Positions 38,104 to 50,526 of a stretch of 64,000 nt of DNA are shown here, in pieces. A program made the translations under genes and the position numbers. Each line of letters opens with the position of its first letter. Within the stretch, counting starts at the first letter, position 1. This stretch comes from Macrostomum hystrix. Lineage: Eukaryota; Animalia; Platyhelminthes. Under the pieces are notes generated by a model that was not told the origin of the DNA, made no database searches, and saw only the letters and a program-made list of their open reading frames with translations. The stretch covers positions 2,046,001 to 2,110,000 of the forward strand of contig CATNEN010000005.1 of NCBI GenBank assembly GCA_950097015.1, written 5' to 3'.

Positions 38104-40744
38104 ATGTCCACTGCCGCTCGCGAAGGCCTAGTTCTGGGCATGGGCAATCCGCTTCTAGACATGGCCAATACTGTCGACAACGCCTATCTGGCCAAGTTCA
38201 ATCTGAAGCAGAATGACGCGATTCTAGCCGGCCCGGAGCACGCCCAGATATTTGACGATCTGGTAGGCCGGCCGGACACTCAGTACATACCCGGCGGAGC
38301 CACCCAGAATTCTATCCGGGTGGCCCAGTGGCTGTTGAGAACACCTCGCGCTACTAGCATGTTCGGCTGCGTAAATCTTGAAGACGCCATTGGTCAGCGA
38401 CTGCGCGAGTGCATGGAGACCGCCGGTGTGAGAACCGCCTATCAGTCACGGCCGGACTCCGAGGGCACTGGCCGGTTAGAATTGAACTTTGCTGTCATTT
38501 CCTTCTGTATACTGTCTGTTTGTCACATTCTTCAAGTCTGTCACTCCACTCAATACTCAGTCTGTCACTCCAATCAATACCCAGTCTGTCACTCCAATCA
38601 ATACCCAGTCTGTCACTACAATCGATACCCAGTCTGTCACTCCAATCAATACCCAGTCTGTCACTCCAATCAATACCTAGTCTGTCACTCCAATCAATAC
38701 CTTAGAACTCAACAGCTCAAACTACCAGTCTCTCCTTTAGTCTCAGATCTGTCACTCCTTTAGTCTCAGATCTGTCACTCCATTGTTTTCGAATCTGTCA
38801 CTCCTTTAGTCTCAGATCTGTCACTCCTCTAGATTCGAATCTGTCAGTCTATCAAATCTGGCCCCTCTCGTCTCGCAGGTGCGCTGTGCTGATCTCCGGC
38901 GAACACCGCAGCCTCGTCACCCAGCTCGGCAGCGCCGGGCAATTCACCGAGGCTCACCTGGACGATCCGGCCAACTGGGCTATTGTTGAGGCCACCAATT
39001 TCTACTACGTTGCCGGCTTCTTCCTGACGGTCTGTCCGCCGGCGCTGATGCGCATCGCCGAGCACTCGCTGGCAGCCGGCAAGACTCTGATGATGAACCT
39101 GTCCGCTCCGTTCATCTGCCAGTTTTTCAAGGAGCCACTGCTGGCCGCTATGCCATACGTTGATGTACTGTTTGGCAACGAGAGCGAGGCTGAGGCCTAC
39201 GCCAAGTGAGCCTCTGTTCCTTTGGATAAGATTCGTAATGCTATAGGATTTCCATAAGTAGAGAATGGGATTTCCATGATTAAATGATGGGATTTCTCTG
39301 ATTAGAGGATGGGATGTCCAATATTAGAGGATAAGATTTCCATGATTAGTGGATGGGATTTCCATTCTTATTTTAAATGATTTCCATTATTAGATCATGG
39401 GATTTCCATAAGTAGAGGATGGGATTTCCATGAGGAGAGAATGGGATTTCCATGATTGGAGAATAGGATTTCCATGATTAGAGTATTAAATTTCTATTAT
39501 TAGATAATGGGATTTCCATGAGTATTAGATTGGATTTCCATTATTAGAGGATGAGATTTCCATTAGTAGAAGATGGGATTTCCCTGATTAGAGGATAGGA
39601 TTTCCAATATTAGAGGATAGGATTTCCATGATTAGTGGATGGGATTTCCATTCTTATTTTAAATGATTTCCATTATTAGATCATGGGATTTCCATAAGTA
39701 GAGGATGGGATTTCCATGAGGAGAGAATGGGATTTCCATAATTGGAGAATATGATTTCCATGATTGGAGTATTAAATTTCTATTATTAGATAATGGGATT
39801 TCCATGAGTATTAGATTGGATTTCCATTATTAGAGGATGAGATTTCCATTAGTAGAAGATGGGATTTCTATAAGTGTTAGAAAGAATTTTCATGATTAGA
39901 GGACGGGATTGCTATGAGTTTAGCATGGGATTTCCGTGAAAAGTTAGGATCCCAATTAGTAGAGGATCGGGTCTCCATGAATAATGGTTGGGATTTCAGT
40001 GAGTAGAGGATGAAATTACCAATGTAAGGGAAAATGAAATTTCCAAGAGTAGAGGATGAAATTACCAATGTAAGGGAAAATGAAATTTCCAAGAGTAGAG
40101 GATGAAATTACCAATGTAAGGGAAAATGAAATTTCCAAGAGTAGAGGATGAAATTACCAATGTAAGGGAAAATGAAATTTCCAAGAGTAGAGGATGAAAT
40201 TACCAATGTAAGGGAAAATGAAATTTCCAAGAGTAGAGGATGAAATTACCAATGTAAGGGAAAATGAAATTTCCAAGAGTAGAGGATGGGCTTTTTGTGT
40301 TGCTCAGATTTAGATTATTAGCTTTAATAGCCAATCAAATGAACAATGCATCGCCAAATCTCTAGGGAGGCCGGCCTGCCAAATCCAACCGACGCCCGCG
40401 CTGTCGCAATCGCCCTGGCCGCCCTGCCGTGCAAGCCTCGGCCTAGGGAGGCCGGCGATTCCGCTCGCAGCCGCCTTGTCCTCATCACCCAGGGCAAAGG
40501 CGCGGTGCTGGCAGCCAGATCCGACGGCAGTGTTACCGAGTTCCCGGTGCGCCAGCTGCAGCCGCACGAGCTCGTCGACACCAACGGCGCCGGGGACGCT
40601 TTCGCCGGCGGCTTCATTGCCCAATTCGCGCTGGGCAAGCCGTTGGATGTGTGCGTCGATTGCGCAATCAGAGCTGCCCAGTGCATCATTGGCCAGTCTA
40701 GCTGTACTATGCCAGCCGACCCCGCTGCCGCCATCGGATATTGA
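38104..40744 (+). CDS. ADK: Adenosine kinase (exons 38104-38474, 38879-39205, 40366-40744; 358 aa)
   Basis: GMGNPLLD, PGGATQNSIRVAQW, MNLSAPFI, DVLFGNESEA and the PfkB anion-hole motif VDTNGAGDAFAGGF. Phases are consistent; 1077 nt. Confidence 0.96.
38510..38845 (+). repeat. 24-bp minisatellite (GTCTGTCACTCCAATCAATACCCA) in ADK intron 1
   Basis: Direct repetition; it explains the read-through tail of track ORF 38104..38763. Confidence 0.9.
39245..40290 (+). repeat. ADK intron 2: degenerate GGGATTTCC-containing repeats followed by a near-perfect 46-bp tandem repeat
   Basis: Direct repetition. Confidence 0.9.
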
Positions 40745-41964
40745 TTAGTTGATTGATTATTCAATACTTTTTCTCTCTTCGTGTTTTAAGTTACCTTGAT
40801 AAGAAAAACATTTTTTCTGGTTACCTGGAGTCGCTAAGAATATATTATTTCAATTTCATTATTTAAAATAATAAATTTCCTTTTTGAAGTACATTCTGCA
40901 CTTCAAAAGTACATATGTGTACTTTAAAAGTACGTAATGTGTACTTTTATAACTTTATACTTTGCTCCATTATTTATTTATAAACATAAATACGAAATAT
41001 ACGTGTACTTCATTACATTTCATTATCGTTCTGCAATATTTCACGATTCGAACTGTTACTTCTATGTGTCTCAAATTCTATTTTTATTTAGTCGCATTTT
41101 ACGCGACATTAAACACTAATGCAGCAGCTAGTTTAGTTGGGACTATTTATGTCTTAATTTCAACGTTTCAGCAAGCGCCAAATATTGGTGGTTTCCTTGA
41201 TTATTTCTACAGTTTTCATAGCTGACTAATGAAAACTTCCGTTTACTGTAAGTAGTGTGCAATCAATGAATTAAAATTCACGTTTCCGTTTTTTTCCCAA
41301 AACCCTTAGATATATTAATCATAGCCAAATGGATCACCAAAATAATAAACCTTTACCCACAATATTATAATTTGTTTTTTTCTCATTAAAAGTAAAGACT
41401 TTTTCTTAAAAAATATAATGAATCTGAGATTCATTTTGGAGTGTTGGAATTTTGTTTGACTCCGAAAAGGATGACAATCGGCTAAGGTTGAATTTGTCAT
41501 GTTTCTCCTTTGTCTTCAATGCAGGATTGCCAATAAAATAATAAAATAAATTATTCATATTTGTAATTCTTGGTTCAGTCTACTTAGTTAAAGTTTTATT
41601 TGGTTTATACATAAGTATTACTGGTAATAATATATATTTAATGTCATTACATGTCAATGGTACGTAAGCACATTAGCTATCAGTTGCGTACATTTGCGTA
41701 CATTTACATTCGCAAGTAAATTGTAATCGATAAAACAAAATGCGAATACGCAAAATGCTACAAGTATGAGTATATAAAAGACAAAACGTGGTAAAATTAA
41801 AAGCGAAGTTTCTAATATATGAAATGCCACTTCAACTCTTAATTGAACTTAAATAGCTAAATAATTTTTTTATAAAATTGTGAAAAGCCAAGGAAGAGGA
41901 CGGGTACAATCTTCGTCTATTGGGTAAGAGAGACGTTCGATGGGATGGGTGCCCGTTAAATATG

Positions 41965-42175
41965 AGAGGATAGGGGTGGGCGTCTGTCAGGCAAGAGAGA
42001 CGGATGATGAGGTGGGCGTCTGTCGGGCAAGAGAGACGGAGGATGAGGTGGGCGTCTGTTGGGTAAGAGAGACGGAGGATGAGGTGGGCGTCAGTCGGAT
42101 AAGAAAAACGGAGGTTGGGATGGGTAACTGGCGGGTAAGAGAGACAGAGGATGAGGTGGGCATCCGGTGAATATG
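41965..42175 (+). repeat. 36-bp tandem repeat (GAGAGACGGAGGATGAGGTGGGCGTC...) just beyond the myosin stop
   Basis: About five diverged units. Confidence 0.75.
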
Positions 42176-42319
42176 ATAGGCGGATGATAGCCTGGATGAC
42201 AATCAGTGCAGAAAGGCAGAGCGGTAGGCAGGGTGGCAGATATCGATACCGCAATTATAACTGGCTAAATTTAAAGCCCAGGTGAAGTACCCTACTGACA
42301 AAAGGCAGATGTAACTTTG

Positions 42320-45300
42320 TTACTCCAAATCGTCTTCGAGTGCGTCCTCTAATCCGCGAGAGGCGGCCAAACCGCGCTGCCTGGCGTACGGCAGCAGCCG
42401 CTCCGCCCTGGTCGGACCTCGAAACAGCTGCTTTCGGCTGGCATCGCTCAGACGTCGAAATTGTCTGCCAAGCTGATGACGTGACACAAAGCCAGTCTTG
42501 ACGCAACGCAGCTCAATCGGCTGCTGATCAACAGAAGCTGGCCGCGTCGAGGTTGCGGCCGACTGGTCCGTTTCACAATTCAACGACACCTCCGCTAGTT
42601 CTCGATGACGGGCAACAGTTAATCGACGACTTCGACGATTGAGCCAGGAGCGCACAGCTCGCTGAAGACGAACTGCGCTATCCAGCCGATGCTGAGCTAG
42701 CCGCTTATCCAGAGCTTCCGCTTGTTCAGCGGTAAGGAACAGCTTGCTGCGGCCGAATTGTCGACCGAATTTCACCGGCGGCACGCCCGGCTGACCGATC
42801 AAGACGCCGGCAACGAGGCGCCGCTGATGATCCACCGGCGAAGCGCCGGTGCGTCGACGCAGCAGCCGCTCCGGCGTTCTCGACGGCGTCGTTGGCAGAT
42901 CATTCTGGCGTCGGTAGGCCAGGTCGAATTCCGCTGGCGATGGCGAATAGCCGGGATCGGAGCGGGTCATGATCAGACAGCCGTAGCGACGCAGAAAGTC
43001 GGCGTATACGAGCCGAACAGGGTGCTGCTGCCTGGCAGCTCTGGTTGCTGGCAGGAGGCCGCATGACTCCAACTGATTCACGACGTCGTCGTCAGACCAG
43101 CGGCAGTCGGTTGACAACGAGGCCAGACTGGGACGAAGGCATCGAACCCACAGCGGCCGGCTGTGGCGCAAACGATCCAGCAATCTGGCCAGGTCGTGCC
43201 GAAACTTAGACGCCACACCGCCGATGGATTTCACCGATCGATCGTCAATCTGGCCGTCGTCCGGTTGAAAAATTCGACGAATCAAAGCCGACTGGCTGCA
43301 GTCGCTCAGCAGGCTGACAAGCTCCTTCGGACAACGGTCGCGATTCTCCGCTGGCAGTTGAGCCACCTGGTAGGAAACGCTGGCGGAAAAATGGCGCACA
43401 ATGAACTGACTGTTGCTCGGACCGCAGCCAAGCCTGTCAGCCAATTGTCGGTCGGGACGATTCAATCGGCACAGCTCCTCCAGGGCTGTAAGGGCTCGCT
43501 CTGATTGACTGATAGCCTCGGTGACAATAGACAGTTCGCTGAGGCTGTTGACTCCTGTGGCGCCGAGGCACTGTAGATCGTCGTCAACTTCGCCTTGCCA
43601 TGGCAGGCGTTCGTTGGCGTATTCTTGCTTGGCGGCCAGAACAAAATGGGTCAGATAGAACTGCTGCAGACGTTCGTTAGCGTAATTTATTAGCAGCTGG
43701 TCTAGGCCTTCGAAATGGGAGAATAAATCATCCAGTAGGTTGGGAGAAACACCAGTTAAGGTTCTGAGAAAATAGAGAGGGCTTAACTAGGGAATCTGAG
43801 AGTACGAAATATGCAATTTTGATGATCTGACAGACTCAATCTTGGATCTGACAGACCCAATCTTGGATCTGACAGACTTAATATAGCATCTGACACACTG
43901 CATCTAGGATCTGACAGACTCAATCTAGGATCTGACAGACTCAATCTAGGATCTGACAGACTTAATCTAGGATCTGACAGACTCAATCTAGGATCTGACA
44001 GACTCAATCTTGGATTTGACAGACTCAATCTTGGATCTGACAGACTCAATCTAAGATATGACAGACTCAATCTTGGATCTGACAGACTCAATCTAAGATA
44101 TGACAGACTCAATCTAAGATATGACAGACTCAATCTGGGAACTGACAGATTCAAATCTGACAGATGCAACAGAAGGAATGGAGAATTTAATCGTCTCACT
44201 CAAGGACACAAAGTGTTTGGCATGGGCTAAAATTCGAACTTCAGACCTTATCAATAGGAATTCCGAATTCCCGATCAAATCGAAATCTCATAAAACGCAC
44301 CATTCCTTCCATGAAAGTTCTCGAAGCCGTACAGATCCAGAATACCAATAGAGGCAGCAGCAGCAGCAGCAGATGCTGGCGGTTCAATGCGCTGATTAAT
44401 CCGACGCACCAGATAGGCGAACAGGCGGTCATAAATCAATCGGCACAATGCGTCTCGCCTACCGGCGCACTCTCGCCTAGTGCAGGCCCTCATAAACACC
44501 GAGCCGCGGCCAGATTGAATCCGAGCTCCGGCTAAGCCGGCTAACAATTGTTCAGCATCCGGCAAGCCGAAGCCGGAGCAGACGGCCGCCTCGGCGTCAG
44601 CGACGGCTTCTGGCGGAAATACCGCCGGAGCGTTCTCGTCTTCTTTAGCTTCTGTAGACGACGAGATTTGCAGTCTAGCCAATAGTAGAATGCCAGCTAG
44701 TAGTCTAGCCACTTCGCAACGGGTGGGGTCAGTTGCTGCTTGTTCAGTAGAAGAAGAAGAACTGGTAGAAGACTCGAGAAATCGATCCAACAGAGGTGCC
44801 AAATCACGCCATCTGTACTTTCCTAATTGACTATGCTGATGGCTAACTTTGTCTAGTAATCTTTGCGCTAATCTGCTATCGTTTAAATCTGAGATGCATT
44901 CAGCATCGACTAAACATAATAGAGAGTGAAATGGTAGATCTCGTGTAGCCACCGCTGCTGCTGCTGCTGCTGCAGATTTGGTTGGCCACGGCCGAAGACA
45001 ACGACCGCGCTCAAGTAGGAGAATGCTGATCCGGCCGCCCAGTAGGCGACCGCGACTGCGAAGATTAAACGCAATAATGGCGTTAGGTAAATATCTAGAG
45101 AGTAACAATATGCCCATAGTTTTATATTTATAGTCAACTGCTGGGGTCGGCAAACTCCGGCCCGCGGGCCAGATGCGGCACTCGAAGCTCCCAAATCCAT
45201 CCGTTGCCCCTTCCGACACCTCTAGTATCCTGTCTTATATCTCCCGTGTCTCATCTCTCCCGTGTCTCATCTCTCCCGTGTCTCATCTCTCCAGTGTCTC

Positions 45301-48300
45301 ATCTCTCCCGTGTCGCAACTCTTCTCTATCTAATCTCTTCTCTGTCTCATCTCTTCTCTGTCTCATCTCTTCTCTGTCTCATCTCTTCTCTGTCTCATCT
45401 CTTCTATTTCTCATCTCTTCTTCTGTCTCATTTCTTCTCTGTCTCATCTCTTCTCTGTCTCATCTCTTCTCTGTCTCATCTCTTCTCTGTCTCATATCTA
45501 CCCTGTCTCATTAATCCCATATCTTATATCCCCCGTGTCTCATCTCTCCGGTGTCTCATCTCTCCGGTGTCTCATCTCTCCCGTGTCGCAACTCTTCTCT
45601 GTCTAATCTCTTCTCTGTCTCATCTCTTCTATGTCTCATCTCTTCTCTGCCTCATCTCTTCTCTGTCTCATCTCTTCTCTGTCTCATCTCTTCTCTGTCT
45701 CATCTCTTCTCTGTCTCATCTCTTCTCTGTCTCATCTCTTCTATGTCTCATCTCTTCTCTGTCTCATCTCTTCTCTGCCTCATCTCTTCTCTGTCTCATC
45801 TCTTCTCTGCCTCATCTCTTCTCTGTCTCATCTCTTCTCTGTCTCATCTCTTCTCTGCCTCATCTCTTCTCTGTCTAATCTCTTCTCTGTCTCATCTCTT
45901 CTCTGTCTCATCTCTTCTCTGTCTCATCTCTTCTCTGTCTAATCTCTTCTCTGTCTAATCTCTTCTCTGTCTCATCTCTTCTCTGTCTCATCTCTTCTCT
46001 GCCTCATCTCTTCTCTGCCTCATCTCTTCTCTGTCTCATCTCTTCTCTGTCTCATCTCTTCTCTGTCTCATCTCTTCTCTGTCTCATCTCTTCTCTGCCT
46101 CATCTCTTCTCTGTCTAATCTCTTCTCTGTCTCATCTCTTCTCTGTCTCATCTCTTCTCTGACTCATCTCTTCTCTGTCTCATATCTACCCTGTCTCATC
46201 AATCCCATATCTTATATCCCCCGTGTCTCATCTCTCCGGTGTCTCATCTCTCCCGTGTCGCAACTCTTCTCTGTCTAATCTCTTCTCTGTCTCATCTCTT
46301 CTCTGTCTCATCTCTTCTATGTCTCATCTCTTCTCTGTCTCATCTCTTCTCTGCCTCATCTCTTCTCTGTCTCATCTCTTCTCTGCCTCATCTCTTCTCT
46401 GTCTCATCTCTTCTCTGTCTCATCTCTTCTCTGCTTCATCTCTTCTCTGCCTCATCTCTTCTCTGTCTCATCTCTTCTATGTCTCATCTCTTCTCTGTCT
46501 CATCTCTTCTCTGTCTCATCTCTTCTCTGTCTCATCTCTTCTCTGTCTCATCTCTTCTATGTCTCATCTCTTCTCTGTCTCATCTCTTCTCTGTCTAATC
46601 TCTTCTCTGTCTCATCTCTTCTCTGTCTCATCTCTTCTCTGCCTCATCTCTTCTCTGCCTCATCTCTTCTCTGTCTCATCTCTTCTCTGTCTAATCTCTT
46701 CTCTGTCTAATCTCTTCTCTGTCTCATCTCTTCTCTGTCTCATCTCTTCTCTGTCTCATCTCTTCTCTGTCTCATCTCTTCTCTGTTTCATTGCGTATTT
46801 TAGGTTTTCTCCGTGACCCACACGCTAATAAGTTAGCCGACCCCAGGTCCACTGCCTCGTCATCGATCTAATCAGATCAGTGAAGAGGCGGCTTGCTTTG
46901 AAATTACCTATCAAACATGAGCTCCAAATGACGACCAAAACGCGACGAATTGTCATTCTCGTCTGTGCGCGCATTGCCGAAGCATTCTAGTAGCGGATTT
47001 GTGGCCTCAACCGTATCCTCTATGCCTGATTGAGTACTTTGAGTACTGACGCTACTGCAGCTGGCGTGGCTAAGAAATCGCAATAGATGCTTGCTGGACT
47101 CAGTCTAAATCAAGGTGGGGAAATTTAGATTTCTATCGGAAAGATCTTATTTTATTTATCCGATCACTTATCATATATCTATCTTATCTCACCCAATTCA
47201 TTATATCCTATCTCACCCCAGTCACTATCTAATCTTACCCCAGTCACTAGGTCTCATCTCACACCCTGTCACTATGTCTCATCTCACACCCTGTCACTAT
47301 GTCTCATCTCACGCCTGTCATTATATCTTATCTCACCCCAGTCACTATATCTAATCTTACCCCAGTCACTATGTCTCATCTCACCCAGTCACTATACCTA
47401 ATCTTACCCCAGTCACTATGTCTCATCTCACCCAGTCACTGTCTTATCTCTCACCCAGTCACTACATCTTATCTCTCACCCAGTCACTGTCTTATCTCTC
47501 ACACAGTCACTGTCTTATCTCTCACACAGTCACTATATCTTATCTCTCACCCAGTCACTGTCTTATCTTTCACCCAGTCACTATATCTTATCTCTCACCC
47601 AGTCACTGTCTTATCTCTCACCCAGTCATTATATCTTATATTTCACCCAGTCACTGTCTTATCTTTCACCCAGTCATTATATCTTATATCTCACCCAGTC
47701 ACTGTCTTATCTTTCACCCAGTCACTATATCTTATCTTTCACCCAGTCACTATATCTTATCTCTCACCCAGTCATTATATCTTATATCTCACCCAGTCAC
47801 TATATCTTATCTCTCACCCAGTCATTATATCTTATATTTCACCCAGTCACTATATCCTATTTCTCACCCAGTCACTATATCTTATCTCTCACCCAGTCAC
47901 TATATCTTATCTCTCACCCACTCATTATATCTTATATCTCACCCAGTCACTAATCTTATCTCTCACCCAGTCACTATATCTTATCTCTCACCCAGTCACT
48001 ATATCTTATCTCTCACCGTCACTATGTCTGATCTCTCACCCAGTCACTATATCCTATTTCTCACCCAGTCACTATATCTTATCACTCACCCAGTCACTAT
48101 ATCTTATCTCTCACCCAGTCACTATGTCTGATCTCTCACCCAGTCACTATATCTTATCTGTCACCCAGTCACTATATCTTATCTGTCACCCAGTCACTAT
48201 ATCTTATCTCTCAACCAGTCACTATATCTTATCTCACCCCAGTTACAATACCTTACCTCACCCGATTCTTTTTATTTAATCCAATGCCTCTAATCTAATA

Positions 48301-49778
48301 TATCACCTTGACCAAAAAAACACACATTTTAGTTTCCTAACTTTTCTCACGTTTAAGTCCTTGGGTAAAATAGCAAACAGACAAACCTTGCCGGCTCCGC
48401 TAACACCGGACACAATTAGTGTCTGGCTTTTATAGCTGGAATCGCCGCTGCCGCAGCTTATCAGCAGATTGTGATAGGCGGCGGCGGCTAGACTGTATAT
48501 GTGCGGCTTTTGAGATGACTGCAACGACTGAAATGGTACAGTTAGGAGTTCATTGGTAAGCGATTAGTTAAATGTACCGTGTCTAACTAGCTTTAACTTA
48601 AATTCCTTCTCACATTTCTTCTCTCTCACTTTGCTCCTTCCTTTCCTCCCTTTGACCTTCCTTTCCTCCCTCTGACCTTCATTTCATCCCTCTGACCTTC
48701 CTTCCCTCTGACCTTCATTTCTTCCCTCTGACCTTCATTTCCTCCCTCTGACCTTCCTTTCTTCCTTCTGACCTTCCTTTCTTCCTTCTGACCTTCCTTT
48801 CCTCCCTCTGACCTTCCTTTCTTCCCTCTGACCTTCCTTTCTTCCCTCTGACCTTCCTTTCTTCCCTCTCACCTTCCTTTCTTCCCTGTCACCTTCCTTT
48901 CTTCCCTCTTACATTCCTTTCTTACATCTCAACTTCCTTTCTTCCCTCTGACAGTTATTTTTTCCTCTCACCTTTCTTTCTTCTGTCTCACCTTCCTGTG
49001 TTCCCTCTCATCTGCCTTCTATCCCTCTCTCTCATCTTACTTAAATCTCTCTCATCTTTATATCCCTTCTATTGCTCTCATTTTCCTTCTGTTTCTCTAA
49101 TCGTCGAATCGAACAGATATCAAACAAACCTGACTATGAGCAATAGCCAGACAACTATTTAGCTCATCAATGCTGTACAATTTTTCAACCAATCGCTTGC
49201 CAGGATTAACAGCCACCAGGGTGTTAGGACCGCACCAGGTGTAGATTTGATTACAATTGTAGCGGCTGCGTAAACTGTTGCAGACTGTTGATGGACAAAG
49301 AAAATTTTAGAAAACAAAATTAAATAATATAACATATAAACAAAAGCTTCAATACATTAAACAATAACAGAATTTGTAGATTTGATTGACAGTTATAAAT
49401 AACAACTAACCCAGCAACAGCAGTTAAAAAGCCAGCGTACAAGTATTGTGCAAGAATCTTAATAGAGGGTTTAGTATGAAATCTGATTTTTTAGGTGCTG
49501 AATAAAGTCTCAGCTATCCTGACAGTTTCTGGTGCTAGATTATCCATTCTTAGATGAATTTGTGAATAATTTGAAATCCAGCACCAGAATCTGTACAGGA
49601 TAGCATTAGAGACTGGTATAGTGCATTGGTGCGAATCGTTAATCATATAAACTCGTATGCAGTTTAGAAAGTAAATGAAAAAAAGTAAATACTTACTGTT
49701 CTGACATGACAGAGTTGATAGCTGAGTTAGATCATTGCTTGATTCATTCAACTTGTTATCCTGTACTTCTAAAGGCAT
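42320..49778 (-). CDS. MYO19: Unconventional myosin, MYO19-like (exons 49778-49697, 49284-49130, 48527-48387, 47104-46908, 45055-44301, 43707-42320; ~905 aa)
   Basis: P-loop SGVSGAGKT, switch I NDNSSRFG, switch [53 protein letters not shown] and an IQ motif. All five introns are GT-AG and in phase; 2718 nt. Confidence 0.85.
43840..44165 (+). repeat. 21-bp minisatellite (GATCTGACAGACTCAATCTAG) in myosin intron 5
   Basis: Direct repetition. Confidence 0.9.
45141..46846 (+). mobile_element. hAT-family MITE with an expanded internal 16-bp minisatellite, in myosin intron 4
   Basis: TIRs CTGGGGTCGGC...GCCGACCCCAG; 8-bp TSD GTCAACTG/GTCCACTG; subterminal arm matches 55780-56166 in reverse. Confidence 0.85.
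47190..48245 (+). repeat. 25-bp minisatellite (CCCAGTCACTATATCTTATCTCTCA) in myosin intron 3
   Basis: Direct repetition. Confidence 0.93.
48640..49010 (+). repeat. 20-bp pyrimidine-rich minisatellite (CTCTGACCTTCCTTTCTTCC) in myosin intron 2
   Basis: Direct repetition. Confidence 0.9.
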
Positions 49779-50127
49779 GATAGCCTGTTGACGATTTTTG
49801 TTTACCTTTGAGTTAACTGAAAGCATAAAACAATTTAAGAGGGTAGATCAGATTATTAATATTTAGGATTGTCTTGCTTTTCTAATGCAACAATAGAGAA
49901 CCAAATCAAATACATAAAAAGATGTGTAAGACAAACCATTGCATAGTTTTTTTTCATGAATATCATAAATTAGGCTCTTCCCTATAGAACAGTGATGGGC
50001 ACAGGTCTGATACTCTCATACTATTGCCGATACCTCGTGAGGTATTGGAGTATAAGACCTCGATACTTTCTTTTGTATTGGACCATGGTATCAGAAATAC
50101 TTTTCTGAAGTCCAATATTTTCTAAGT

Positions 50128-50359
50128 TTGATTCCGCGGCAAGGCCAAATTCATTTGGGGTGCAGCAGCAGGAGAGAAGGCTTGGGGGGCTTGTTCTGCA
50201 ATTTACACCCTTGAGGGCCAAACTCCAAGGAACAGTGAGTGTACACTGCCCGACTATGAGAAAGTCAGGGCAGATGTACACACCTGTGTGAGCATGTGCC
50301 TGTGTACAGTATCTGTGTGCATGTGTGCTCAGGAGTCAGCTAATTGGGCAGAATTGCCT
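50128..50359 (+). mobile_element. tRNA-derived SINE copy, truncated at both ends
   Basis: GATTCCGCGGC...GAGAAAGTCAGGGCAG...GGGCAGAATTGCCT. Confidence 0.8.
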
Positions 50360-50526
50360 TAGAGAGAGAAACTGCTAGTGTCTATAAATGTCACTACTAT
50401 TATGAGTGTTATGCATGAAGGTAATAGTGTATCTAGAGTTAACTGCCCTTTTCAGGACTACTAGTCTGAATATAAATATATGGCGTAAATTTATGTTTGT
50501 TTGCAAAATTATTTTCCTCTTTTAAA

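Noticed and set aside
38475-38763. Cys/His-rich repeat tail (VCHSNQYP)n on ADK
   Set aside because: It lies in intron 1; splicing at 38474/38879 restores the canonical kinase. Intron retention cannot be excluded but has no support.
44311-45200. Plus-strand ORFs antisense to the myosin, MAT and METTL27 exons
   Set aside because: These are expected shadows of GC-rich coding sequence and have no recognisable motifs.
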